Shown here: positions 41,926 to 54,790 of the stretch, one piece after another
Layout of the letters: each line of letters opens with the position of its first letter
Position numbering within the stretch: position 1 is the stretch's first letter
The notes under the pieces: generated by a model
Seen by the model: the letters and a program-made list of their open reading frames with translations, nothing else
Database searches by the model: none
What the model was told of the DNA's origin: nothing
Translations under genes and position numbers: made by a program
NCBI RefSeq assembly: GCF_037042905.1
Contig: NC_087250.1
Coordinates: forward strand, 7,814,001 to 7,878,000
Source: Lytechinus pictus
Lineage: Eukaryota
Direction: 5' to 3'
DNA: 64,000 nt

Positions 41926-42402
41926 AGGTGGTTTCAGACCGCCTCGAAGTTCGTCAGTTCCAGGTATTCTCTGATCGTGAAAATTTACCCCGATCAGAAA
42001 ATACAAGGTATTTTGGTAATGTGAAAGCAAACTACGCGTAATTTCCCCGAAACAAAATACCCGCTAAATAGTAGGTACTTGGCGAAATTACGAGAACTTT
42101 CGTGGGGATTTTTCCAAGGTCGCAGGTATTTTGGCAATGTGAAAGCAATTTACGGGAACTTTTAGCCAAGCGTGTCGTTGGGCGCGGGCGCCGTGGGTGG
42201 CTGCTGGGCTAGTGGTTTTGAATCTCGCGCCTTGCCTGCTTATTAGACCATACTGCGCATGCTCCTAACTTCGGGAATTTAACCCGAAGGGTATGTTTCG
42301 TGGCGGTGTGAATGCAGGAATAATTAATGGGTATTTTTTAGCCTAAAAATGTTCTCGTAATTTAACGGGGATTCTTGTGATCGAGGCGGTTTGAAACCGC
42401 CT
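41926..42402 (+). mobile_element. Harbinger-like MITE with ATA target duplication
   Basis: ata-AGGTGGTTTCAGACCGCCTCGA...TCGAGGCGGTTTGAAACCGCCT-ata. Confidence 0.82.
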
Positions 42403-42606
42403 ATAGTCAAGCCCCTAGTTCCCCTCAGACGATACTCCATAACTTACATTCTTTTACCAATTATGATGCAATTACTATCATTGTTGTAGTCTCCTTGTCC
42501 AGGCACTTCCTTCATTTTTCATTTCAATCAGAGTCAATATGGATCTTTGTGCTGTATAGTCCATCACAGATATTGGCAGTGACAGTTCTTAGTTCTTCAA
42601 AAAAAA

Positions 42607-43007
42607 TTTAAGATAAATGCCAGTTGTGGTAACGATCTCAAAATGACTTTTTACAGAATCCAATATAATGACCACCCAAGTGTCTGTTTGTATGAATAAA
42701 AAATATGTGTCAGGATTCTGGAAGAAATTGTGTAATTGCTGAGAAATAAGCAAAATAAGCGCAGATTCGGGCACTTCCGTCGGGTCTTTATTTCAGCAAT
42801 GCTAATATACACTGTCCCATGTGTGCCTATCTGTGTTGGCGATCTTCAGTGTGATCGTTTTTCAGCTTAGATTTTATGATTTCACAAAGTTCAGTTTATG
42901 TAACTACCAGATCTAGATCCACAATGATGAAGTAATACTTAACCTTGGTTTTACAGACTTTCTCACGAAATCAGTGTTTTACTGCAACTACTTTCATTTA
43001 GCTTTAA
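42607..43007 (+). mobile_element. MITE family A
   Basis: Similar to 3941-4347; ends CATTTAGCT-TTAA. Confidence 0.82.
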
Positions 43008-43094
43008 AGTTAAGGATTCTTAAAAAGGTGGTCCTTTATGAATCGACATCGATAGTATAAAAAATGTTTTTATTAGTATCATTTCATTTTTAAA

Positions 43095-43714
43095 TTAAAG
43101 GTCAAGTCCAACCCAGAAAAATATTGATTTGAATAAATAGAGAAAAATCAAACCAGCAAAACACTGAGTATTTCATCAAAATCGGATGTAAAATAAGAAA
43201 GATGACTTTTTGAAGTTTTGCTTAATATTTTTCACAAAACAGTGATATGCATAACTCAGTGACATGCAAATGAGACAGGCAATGATGTCCATCGCTCACT
43301 AGTTCTTTTGGGTTTTTTTACTGTTTGAATTATACATTCATTTTTTTACAGATTTGACAATAAGGACCAACTTGACTGAACCATATAGTATTAAACAATG
43401 CTAATTTCACATGTTCAGGGAGGGATTAATCATTGTTTCACTTGTTAATGTGAAGAAAATAGAATATTTCATATTTCATATAATAAAATACAAAAGAAGT
43501 AGTGAGTGGATGATGTCATCGGTTTCCTCATTTGCATACCGACCAGGATGTGCATATAACTGTTTTGTGTTATTATAACTGTTTTGTAAAAATTTAAATT
43601 GTCATAACTTTCTTATTTTACATCCGATTGGGATGAAATATTCAGTGTTATGCTTGTTGGATTTTTCTCCTTTTATTCAAATCAACTTTTTGTTGGGGTA
43701 GACTTGTCCTTTAA
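43095..43714 (+). mobile_element. TTAA MITE family C (~620 bp)
   Basis: TTAA-AGGTCAAGTC...GACTTGTCCT-TTAA with long TIRs. Confidence 0.88.
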
Positions 43715-44455
43715 GAACAAAGAGAACAGACATCTGTTTCATCTTTGTTCTGCATGACCCCTGAGTATGTCAATGTTTATGTAATCCTAATTTCATGAAA
43801 TCCTGATATCTAAACCTGTACCTGAAAAGCAAGTACAATGACTGAATGCCAATATAGAACCATAATTTATGAGTAAACTTGTTTTATGGATTTATTATTG
43901 CTTGGAAAAATAGAGTCATCCAACGACGACGGAATGCCATGGTTATTGTGCTCATTTCTCAGCAATGAGGCCTACGCATTTCCGACCAGGACCAGATTCA
44001 TTTGACACATACAAACACTCGGGTGGTTATTTCATTGGATTTTGTTTAACCTTATTTTAAGAGTGTTACCACAATTGGCATTTACGTTTGATCATTCTTT
44101 TATGATGACTTTTACATATGTGTTTTAAAGGTTTACTCTCTGCTGCTAGTGTGAATGACCCTGTATGGAGTCGTTAGGGACATGCACACGAGAGAGAGTA
44201 GAACCCTTTTTTGCTGATCTGTATGTGATTGAGGAAATGCATCGTTATACGCTTGTTTAGGTGCTATCCCACCAGGCTGAAACAACTTGTTTATATTTTT
44301 TATACAAACTTGTTTAAATCTTTCAACAATATTTGTGAGACTGATAGGCTTAAACACCGTGCTTAAAATTTTAAACATCATTTGTATAATTGTGTTTAAA
44401 ACGCTGTCAAAGAAAGTGTTATATTACGATTTATAATTATTTGCTATGTCAGAAT

Positions 44456-44811
44456 GGTTTATTTCCTATTGGTCTAATGCCAATTCGTCTAATTACCAAC
44501 TCGTCTACTATAATTTAGTCTAATCGCCATTTCGTCTAATAACCAGTTGGTCCAAGAGCCATTTAGTCCATAATCCATTTTGTCTAATTGGATAAGTGTT
44601 AATTAAGCGAAATGACTGAAAAGAAAATGGGTATTAGACCAACTGGTTAGTATACCAAATGGTCATAGATGAACTGGTGATTAGACGAAGTGATTATTGG
44701 ACCAAATAGTTGTTAGACGAAATGTTGATGGGCGGAATGGCTATAGACTAAATGAAGGTAGACCATGTGATGAGTGGACGAGTTGGCAATAGACGAATTG
44801 GCAGTTTACCC
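44456..44811 (+). mobile_element. Non-autonomous element with 8-bp TSD (GTCAGAAT) and GG...CC termini
   Basis: GTCAGAAT at 44448-44455 and 44812-44819; body built from ~15-bp units in two opposed arms. Confidence 0.8.
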
Positions 44812-45594
44812 GTCAGAATACCGCTAAAAACAATCATCTGAAAGACACCAATCACTGATTTGATGGATGGTTTGGTATCATTAGCCCTGTATGAATAGGT
44901 CAAGGATGTTCCCTGCTGTGTGGGCTAGGTCAAGGGGCGCATTCACACTCTTCATATTTATCTGTGATACGATTATGATAAATCACTTGCAAGTGCATTC
45001 TGAAGCTATCTGACTTCTCACTTATCTGTAGAGTGCCCTTCGAAGGGGTGTTACCAAAACTTGACCCCCCCCCCCCAGTTTTTCATGACACCCTCTGACC
45101 CCACTTTCTAGTACCCCATTTTCCCATTCACTGGAGCATTCTCATTCTGTGATTGGTCTATCTAAAATGAATATTCATCACTGATGGTTTGATTTATTTT
45201 CTATTTTTATCCAAATCACTTCTTCATTTCAAACCGGCCAATCACAGAGTGATATTGCTGCCACAAGTGAATGAGAAATGTCTATTACAGTTGGCCACTA
45301 TGACTTAGATGTAAAATGTTTCCAAAGAATTGGTTTTATACCAGCTTGGTGTTGATGCAAGGGAAAGCTGCTTTGCTGAGTTCCTTGAACAGAAACAGAA
45401 TCATGGGGTGACAGAAAAAGTTGGGTTATGGCATGGAAACACCCACTTTCTTTTTTTTTTCTGGATGTTTTATTGGTCGTGCAACCTTTTGATAGCACCC
45501 CCCCCCCCCCTTAGTGCAAACAAAACATTGCAAATACCTGAAATAGGCCCAACCTCGGTGTAAGCCATGGTGGGATATCGATGGAGTCGGGTTA

Positions 45595-45984
45595 AGCCCA
45601 GCGCGCACTGTGCAACGCGATAGCACTGAGATCCCATTCCAACAAGTTGCCAGTCGAATCGCAGTGCAGTTGCATTGCAGGCCAGCGCACCCATAGGGCA
45701 GTTCTGCAGCGTGCTACATCTCCTGGTGCCCCTTCTCTTGTGTGTTTTCTGCGCTGCAGCAGCGCAGAAAATTGGCCATGACGTCATCGTCTCGGACCAA
45801 TCTGATTGGCTGATATTAGCAAAATCGCAGAAAGATTTGACATGTCAAATGTCTGAAATTTGGTCTGCGATCCTATTGCAACAAAGCGGGTCGCAGTTGC
45901 AGCGCGTTGTAGGTTGGCGCGCACTCTGTGATTTTGTTGCAATCGAATCTTGATGCGATCGCGTCGCATAGTGTTCGCTGGGCT
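45595..45984. mobile_element. Harbinger-like MITE, TTA TSD
   Basis: tta-AGCCCAGCG...CGCTGGGCT-tta. Confidence 0.82.
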
Positions 45985-46437
45985 TTAGGAGTTGAGTGGG
46001 CATTGAACTAGAATAAACCTTCATTCTGTTAAACAAGTCCTATTAATCAAACAACCAGTTATCGATGAGTACCAATTCTTAACTTTTACATATGGGATGA
46101 CGGGGGGGGGGGGGGGGATTTCATGAAGGGATTTCTCATTGATTTTCACAGACTAATCTGCCCTCTGCCAATCAGATGCAAGGATTTCAGTGGCTTGTAA
46201 CAGCTGTTAGTGACTGATTTGTTTCATGAAATGCACCTTGGTTATGATGAATTGATGGACAGATGTTTATAGTAGATGCTCTAAAGTGAAGTGTTTACTG
46301 GTACCAGCTTGTCTTTGTATCACTATCCCATCTCATCTGAATCAAATGTAGAATGTATTGTCATAGACAAAAGGCTTAAACTTCCAAAGGCATGCATAAA
46401 ATAAACAGTGCTTTAATAATAAACATTAGATCTATAC

Positions 46438-46660
46438 CGATGATGATGATAAGGAGGAGTAGGATAATGATGATGAGGATGACAGTGATGATGATGATGA
46501 TGATGATGATAACAGTGATGATTAAAGATGATGACAGTGGTGATTATGATGATAATGATGATGATGGTGATGATAATGATGATGATGGTGATGATAATGA
46601 TGATGATGGTGATGGTGATGATGATGATAATGATAACAATGGTAATAATAATAATATTGA
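46438..46660. repeat. (GAT)n microsatellite
   Basis: Direct reading. Confidence 0.93.
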
Positions 46661-47859
46661 TACAGGCTTGAGATCGTTTCTAAAAAAAGAAATTTAAAAG
46701 GATCCCTTTTTTTTCAAGAAATACTCTTTAGTTTTTCTCTGTAAGAATAATTTTTTAAAGAAGATTAGCATCTCTGGGATTGTATGAAGTATGAACAGGG
46801 TATTCTGTGAAACCGGCCCCTAGTGTGGTATCCTCATCGACATTGCATGATTACCAACACAGTCGCTCCCTCCTGCTTCTCAGTCGTCTGTCAATTTGGT
46901 AGGCACTCGTGTGGCTGCCCTCGTGTGGCAGCGCCGGTACAACCACGCAACGGCAGCAGCCTCCCATACATGTACATCCTCATTCAGCTTGGTCGTATGG
47001 GCCATCCGTTAAAGGGGGAAGCAATTATTTTAAATATCGACCATTCTGAATTTGGTGAGGAAAGAATGTGAATTTTAGACCATTTTGAGATGGTTTTGAT
47101 ATGATTTTCCTACTTTTCATGGGCACTTACTGTATACTCCTTTGGGAAGTACCGTTTCCTATATTTTGTGTCAAATTCATTTCTATTTTCTAATTACATG
47201 GGTTGGAGGTCTGTTTTGGGTTTTTTTTTTAAAGAATGTGAGCTCCATAACAAGTTATTAAGTGAATCCCCTTTGGAACCGCAAGCGAGAAAATACCGCC
47301 ACTGGGCAAAATGGACTTCATTTAAATTAATTGTCATCAAATGATAAAAGAAAATACTGAAAAATTGACTTAAATTTTCAACCAATGCTATGGAAATGCA
47401 AAGACAAATGAAAGTGAAATGTCTGAACAAATGAGTGGAAAGTTTGAAGTGAAATAGGAAAATATGCAATTTTGATTTTGAATGACAATGTGAACACTTC
47501 CTTGGAGACATCTAGAATTATTTTGTCCCCATCAAACTTGGCAAGGTTTTCATTTTCTCAACATCCAACCCTTATGAATGGTTCTCACCACCGCCACCAA
47601 ACCGGGGAGATCTGTCAATTCCATCCCCATGCAATTCACATGTAATGGCAAAAACACACAGAAAAGGCAATGCAGAATTCACCCACCCAATACAGATTCA
47701 CCCCCCCCCCCCCCTCCTCTTCCCCTGGAGTAAGGGGGAGGGGTGGATGTAGTGAAGGGTCGTTGGATCATGTCCTCCAACACACACACCCAACGCTCTT
47801 CCTCTCTCTCCATTTCTTTCCCTCTCTCTCTCCATACAATCTCCACAGCCTCGCTTAGA

Positions 47860-48531
47860 TCTAAACACAGGCAGGTTGGTCGGAGTTGAATAACTCAAAT
47901 TCACATTCGTTTTGGGAGCTGGTAAAGTCATATGAGTCACTTCATTCGGCAGATCAGAGTCACCTCGCGTCGTGCCGGTTTGGAGGCATTCATCGACTTC
48001 ATCCCTGTATGCAGAAGCACCGCGGCATCTCCATTTGTGACAGCAAATACCAAACAAATTTCTATAAAGAGGTTTCGGTCTGGTAACTCTCAACTCTTTA
48101 GATTAGACGAGGAATTAAACCTCCGTGTATCCATTTGTATTGTCACCGGTAGCTGTTTATGTGGAATCTTCCTTCATGATAAAAATGCTCAACAAATTCC
48201 TTGGGAGATTTTGTCTGATAACTCGCAACTTTCTATGACCAGGAATCAAATATCATTCAGAGTGTCGTCTGTCCTGTAAACTATTTTGTCTCGTGTTGCT
48301 ATTGAGGAAATTGGAGAAGCACTGTGAGACCTGTTAGAATTTCTCTGTCTCTCTCTGTCAGGAGATATTTTTCGTCTTGTTCTCATGGAATGCCATCTTC
48401 AATTGGAGCAAGTTTTATTCATAACATGCTGCAAGTATTTCTCTAGACATTAGGAACCTTGAATGGATTTAATAGCGATTCACTTGACGTGGAATAGTGA
48501 CTTTGAAAAGGTGACATCTTATTTGAAATTG
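47860..48531 (+). promoter_or_regulatory. Candidate internal promoter / non-coding first exon
   Basis: Unique sequence after C/T- and G-rich tracts, ending in a ttg|gtaagg donor; only short uORFs. Weak support. Confidence 0.3.
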
Positions 48532-48601
48532 GTAAGGATCCACGGCACTAGATTTGTGTACACATAGGAGTATAATATCTGTACCTTGAAAAAAGGGGGT
48601 A

Positions 48602-48840
48602 CACAGCAAAAACTGTGGTGTTAACCGGTGTACATAGAGGACCACACCAGTTGTTTTACACCGGTGTTAAATTGGTGGTGTTAGTTTTACAACTATAGGT
48701 GTTATTACAACACATATGGTTGTTACATTTGCACTCTTTGGTGTTATGTTCAATCTCTAGGGTGTTATTTTAACACTTCAGGGTGTGGTCCTCTATTAAC
48801 ACCAATCGGTGTCAGTATTAACACCACAGTTTTTACAGTG
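48602..48840. mobile_element. CMC/EnSpm-like MITE (CAC termini, TA flanks); related old copy at ~33069-33320
   Basis: ta-CACAGCAAAAACTGTGGTGTTAA...TAACACCACAGTTTTTACAGTG-ta. Confidence 0.8.
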
Positions 48841-49569
48841 TAGTTTTTCTTAATAAGACAAGAAACGCATATCTGCCTGTGGTGTGGGTTTAATTTGATG
48901 GGTGTCAGAATTCAGTAGGCTTACAAAAGGATAGGGATTATTGTGAAAAGTGGCCAAGGGGGAAATGTAGGTTCCAATTGCACTTGTTTTACCATGGCGA
49001 TATTAATTTCTCCATGGCTTTTCCATGTTTTGTCTCAATTTTTATGCGATCTTAGGCACCTTCATTGTGTAGTAAAATGTAGGAAATTTGAAAGAAAATA
49101 TATGAATACTGTTTTGTTATGACAAATAATAAGCATTTATTTAGTGGTGGTTTAGTAGAGGCCTCCCCCCCCCCCTTTTCTTTCTCACCTTTGTAATCTT
49201 AATTTATTAAGACATCTTTTCATTATCTCTCTAATCAAAGAACTGATGGTTTAAAATGCAAGTATATGTATGTAGGCCTACACAAATATATATGTTGTCA
49301 TTGCTGGCTTTCCATAGTTGTGGTTGATCGGATCGATCGCAACTCTTTGTAAGACGGGACCCAGATCTTGATGTATTAAGACATCATTTCGCCGTCTATC
49401 ATATCATCATCTCATCTCTCTCTAATCCAAGGACTGATGCTATCAGGTGTCACATGATCATTCCTCAACTATCGTTTCTCTCTCATCCGTGTAATGATGG
49501 AATCACCTGTATGTCATTCATCAATAGTTCCCATAAGCCTATGCACTATTCCTTTAAAGGGGACTTCAG

Positions 49570-49838
49570 GGCCCCGTCTTACAAAGAGTTGTGATTGGTC
49601 CAATCAATCGTAACTATGGAAAGCCAGCAAAGCCAACATATATAATGCATGTTTTTTTTATTTATTCTAGATATGAATGCATATCCATAAATTCCTTGAT
49701 TTCTTGACAATTTGGTGTGCTCTCCTTTGTTTACAAAGGACATTTGGCAAATTTCTTGTAGAAAAAATTATGACACTGATGGATTTCCATAGAGTTATGA
49801 TCGATTGGATCAATCATAACTCTTTGTAAGACGGGGCC
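49570..49838. mobile_element. MITE family D inserted just inside the end of a TTAAAGGGG element
   Basis: GGCCCCGTCTTACAAAGAGTT...AACTCTTTGTAAGACGGGGCC. Confidence 0.82.
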
Positions 49839-50829
49839 CATTTTACCCTGACAAAAGCTTCTTGTAAAAATAGCAGAAAAAAATAGGATTGACGGAAATC
49901 CATCAAAGATTTGAAAAGTTCTTAGAATTTTAATTTTTGATTTGTCACATCAAATGCGAGCAGCTTCTCATGTATTTGATTAAAAAAACAATGAAATTAC
50001 AAAACGGTTTTTACTGTACCCCCAGTATATTAAACAGACAAATTATTTGACACCTGCTCTTGAAAGAAGAACATTTTGTAGTCATCAGGAGCCATTAAAA
50101 AATTGAAATTTAAGCATTTTATTTGCAACAAGGGCTAAATTACCCTAAATTTGTACAGAGTAAAATGTTATAACAAGAGCTCTAGCAAATATGGTATTAG
50201 CAAAAGGGGGATACAAGGAGAGAATGGTTCACAAAATAATTTGGAATGTCAGAACGAAGAATAGGGAGAGATTAAAAAGGAGACTTTTAAAAGTTGTAAT
50301 GAAACTTCATTATAATTTACTTTTTGACAAAAAAATGTGCAGTCACCAGTACAAGCTCAGGGTCTGATGTCATAAAGACTTGTTATCATAACAAATGAAC
50401 AGTTTCTATAACTATCAGCCAATCAGTTTGAAGGATTACAGGAGCTTTTAACTTTTATTGCGAATTTTTCACATTCTAAGTTTTATTAATTGGGGGGGGG
50501 CAGAACACAATACTTGACACTGTCTGACACCGTCACACGGGTGTAAATACCGAGAAATGACCTTTGACCTATTCCAGAGTCGATGTCGCAGAGTGTCGAA
50601 CATGAATAGCCACCGTCATGCCCTGTAAGCGTATCAACGCTTTAAAACTTGAATTGAAGGTAAATAAAACAAGTAAAACATAATAAATTCAAATAGAAAC
50701 AAAGTGTGAATTTTAACTGTACAACATTAAGAGGTATGTAAATATCAATCATATACAACAAATCTATAATTGAAATAGCAAGATGATAACAGATAATTGG
50801 TCATTGCAACAGTGTACTTGTTTTGTTGA

Positions 50830-50945
50830 TTGAAAAGATACGTTTTTAGTCGGATTTCTTAATACATCAACTATGGGAGAATTCTGAATGTGGGCAGGGA
50901 GAATATTCCATGGAGCAGGGGCACACACAGAGAGAGCACGAAAGC
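50830..50945 (-). pseudogene. L2/CR1-type LINE ORF2 C-terminal relic
   Basis: Reads RALSVCAPAPWNILPAHIQNS then, frameshifted, LKTYLF. Matches the known 'RAFS..AP.LWN.LP..I......LKT.LF' tail. Confidence 0.7.
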
Positions 50946-51713
50946 ATTTTATGATTAGATGGAAGAGAGAGGGATAAGATGAGAGAGAGAGAGGAGAATA
51001 TAGGATAGATGTTGAGTCATGATGTCTCACTCGAGTTCATCAATTTCTTAGGAAGGGGGGGTGGGGGTCTCAATGTGAATCATACCATTATCTTCATTAA
51101 TATTCAACTGATGAATATGAAAATAATGAGGTAGACAATATAAGTCTTAAGTTTACTTTATTTGATTTCATATTAGTGCATGTTTGACTACCCTTATGCT
51201 TGTGGACGATGATGGTTTTTAGTCCCTACCAATTTGCAATTTTCTTGAAGACCATGTTGGGGGGCTTGAGGGAATGCTTTCATGACTAAGAAAAAATAGA
51301 AAAGGAAAGAGAGAGAAGGGTGAAATATATTGTTTTCTGAATATTATGTCAAAATCTATCACAAAATTTGATTTTTGAAGAAAATAATGTTGGATTTTTT
51401 TGCCCGCTATGTTGTTGTTGATTGGTTAATATATGTGCCAAAAGAATATATGCTTCTCTCCCAAATTTATCAATTTTGCCGGATACGCCATTTATGGCCC
51501 TGTCAAATTTTGGCTCATTATGCCACTGTGTACGAAATACTGGTAGCCAGTTCCAAGAACCTTACGGAGAGCTTATTCATTCCAACACGCCCACAACATC
51601 AATGATAGGAATTCTTAGATCAAAATAAACCCGACTGACAGCAATTTATTAACGATCATCTCATTGTCTCCAAGTAGTGTATTAGTCTGCAAGCGCAGAC
51701 TCTTATTTGACAC

Positions 51714-52297
51714 TTAAAGGGATAGTCCGGGCTGAAAATATATCTTAATACATAGAGTAGAATTCACTGAGCAAAATGCCTAAAATTTCATCAAAATCGG
51801 ATAACAAATAATACAGTTATTGAAGTTTAAAGTTTAGCAATATTTTGTGAAAACAGTCGTCATGAATATTCATTAGGTGGGCTGATGATGTCACAGCTCC
51901 ACTTTCCGTTTTCTTATTATTACATAACATCATAATTTTTTCATTATTTCATACTTGTGTGAATAATATGTCTCCCTTATAATGAAATAAGTTGCATCAA
52001 TAAATATCTAATGCACTAAATCAGTTGTCAATTCAAATTTTCTAGTTCTTGGAGGAAAAAATTTGAATAAACCTAATTTCATATAATAAAATACAAAAGA
52101 ACAAGTGGGGATGTGACATCATCAGCCCACCTAATGAATATTCATGATGACTGTTTTCACAAAATATTGCTTAACTTTAAAATTCAATAACTTTGTTATT
52201 TGTTATCCGATTTTGATGAAATTTTTGGCATTTTGCTCAGTGAATTTTACTCTATTTATTAAGCTATAACTACTTTCAGCCCGGACCATCCCTTTAA
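51714..52297. mobile_element. TTAA MITE family B, strongly palindromic
   Basis: TTAA-AGGGATAGTCCGGGCTGAAA...TTTCAGCCCGGACCATCCCT-TTAA. Confidence 0.9.
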
Positions 52298-52310
52298 AAC
52301 CAATTGTACC

Positions 52311-52351
52311 ACTCCTGAAGACGGACAGTCAACCTGCCCGAAACGTCCAGT
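52311..52351 (+). ncRNA. Minimal type I hammerhead ribozyme-like motif (Penelope-associated type), probably degenerate
   Basis: actc-CTGAAGA-c-GGACAG-tcaac-CTGCCC-GAAA-CGTC-cagt. Confidence 0.6.
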
Positions 52352-52576
52352 AACCTCTCTTCACTTCATCCGGCTACTACTCAAACTATCACTACTCAAG
52401 CCATATTCAGCTCATCTCATCTGGTTTACAGTCCTTTTCAGGACTTCACTCACTTTCAAGAAAAAAATACTTCTAATTTCCTCTTTTCATCCTTTCTCAT
52501 CTTTGCATTTAAATCTTTCTGCCTGTATTTCCTTCCCTTCTTTATATTACACATGGTGAACCGTAAACCTTTTCCA
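52312..52576 (+). mobile_element. 265-bp insertion flanked by an 11-bp direct repeat; candidate Penelope pLTR / retrozyme-like relic
   Basis: CAATTGTACCA at 52301-52311 and 52577-52587; the host element resumes afterwards. Confidence 0.65.
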
Positions 52577-53882
52577 CAATTGTACCATGTCTTCAGTGAA
52601 GACTAGACACCAAAGGCTCTGTCCATGTCAAATAAAAGCCAGCCACAGGACATAGTGATTCTAGTCTCACTACTTCAGACTTTGCTTTATGCACTGTGCG
52701 AAAATATCAGAATATTGCAGGTCAAGCAAAGAAAAGCCCTTGAAATTAACGAAATTGCCCCCGAATTTCAGCAATCGCCCCGATGTAGCAAAAAAAGAGC
52801 CCCTAATTTTTTGATTGGATCAATCGTAACTCTTTGTAAGACCGGGCCCTGAGATGTTCGGGGCAGGGGGGGTAGTTGGAAGGAAAAAAAAACACTTAGA
52901 CCAGTCTCTGAAGAAAGACAAAGAACTGTCTCTGACTCATTTTTACGGTGATGAAAGAAAGGTTTTCAAATCAGATACATTCTATCTACGATCACGTGCA
53001 TCACATAAACGCATGCAAGCAAGCAGATGGCTTCATAATTCATACCCGCCTAATCATATGGCCCCATTCAGACTGGAACATTATGCTGTATAATCAGGCA
53101 TGACATCATTTTAAAAAGTTAACGCATTTGTTGCATGCAACATCATTTCCTCTTGTGAAACAAAGAAATCCTAAATAGATATGAAAACATGGATATATGA
53201 AAACATGGATAGTGAGTATGTTCTATTTCAAACAATTACTGTCAAACGTTTGCTTGAATTTTATACAAACTAGTTGTAAGAAAAATTTCTTAGATAGTAG
53301 TACTTTGTGTTGTTTTATAACGTAGACTTTGCTTTGCATAATTTGACCTTTGATGAACGCCAAACTCAAAGCATTATTTCAGACCAGAATATGCAAGACA
53401 TGTGTTGATAACATCTAATTTGAATTTCGCCTAAGTCAAATGGATTTCTGCGGCCCCAAAACATTTGATAAAGGAAGGGTCACCTTTCGTTAAAAAAAAT
53501 CATGTGGATTGGTTTCGGTGCAGAGCTATTGTTGAAAATACACAAGGGTAAGATGTTTATGGACACTATTTGATTTTCCCCGCAAAATGTATAAGAAAAA
53601 ATTGCCATTGCAGTTTCAAAAATGTGTTGTGGTTGGGTTTCAATCAAAAATGGAATATGGATTTTTTTTTAATGGTATGAATGAAATGTACACCAGTAGA
53701 TAGCCTTATGCAATGTACTGTCTGAGCAGGCCGTGTGCTGTCTGATGGTACAGCAGTATTATGCTGAGAGCACAAAGACTTCCCCTGAGGCCATTGTGCT
53801 TCATCCGCATCATCTTCATCTGGGCGTGTGCTCTGAAGGTGGGTCTTCATCAGAACAAAGTGGTTGCGCCAGCTTAAGTACC

Positions 53883-54528
53883 GGGTGGGTGTTTCATAAA
53901 GCTGTTCGTAAGTTTAAGGGCGACTTTAAGAATGACAGGGCCCGTCTTACAAAGAGTTACGATTGATCCAATCAGTCGTAACTCTATGGAAATCCAGCGG
54001 TGTCATGATTTTTTAATGATAATAATACATGAGATTTGTATAGCGCACTTTCCATCTTGATTAGATGCTCAAGTCGCTTCAGAGCAGAACAACAAAAAAC
54101 GTTTACACATAATACATGTCTGAACAATAAGTCAATGTCTATCAAAAACACTCATATACAGGTATGCTTTCAGGTTGCCCTTGTCACTGAAGTCTGGGTT
54201 TATACAGGAAATTTGCAAAATTTCCTTTGTAAACAAAGGAGGACACACCAAATTGTCAAGAAATCAATGAATTTATGGATATGCATTCATATCTAGAATT
54301 TTTTTTGAACAAACATGCATTTTATATGTTGACTTTGCTGGCTTTCCATAGTTGCGATCGATCAGATTAATCGCAACTCTTTGGAAGATGGGCCCCTGGT
54401 GAACCTTTCTTGCGTGCTTAATAATCACCAATGAACATATAATTGTGAACATCATTTACCACAAGAAAGGATCACCAGTCGTTCTTACAGTCGCTCTGAA
54501 CTTACAAACAGTTTTATGAAACACCCCC
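53883..54528. mobile_element. Family E MITE (GGGTGTTTCATAAA TIRs) containing family D (53938-54395), which contains an L2 3' relic (~54015-54197, minus strand)
   Basis: Inverted ends; host halves rejoin on removal of the insert; relic reads KGNLKAYL plus a GTGCGCTATACAAAT tail. Confidence 0.75.
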
Positions 54529-54790
54529 GTTCTCTTTGATGTTATCCAGAAGACGCTAAATCAGTAATGTTCGCACTCTTCTGTGGAAAGCGCAGAACAG
54601 GCCGCTGAATGAGGTGTTAGAATCCTCTGAAGGTAGCCTATAATCTATGTTTTGTCTTTCCCGTTATGAGTCTGATGCGGCAAGAATATTGTCATTGCTG
54701 ATACGCTAAAAGTGAGCGATACATCTGATGCTGCAAGACTTCAAAAGTATTAAGTAAGACAAGAAGATATAGATATATATACATATAATA

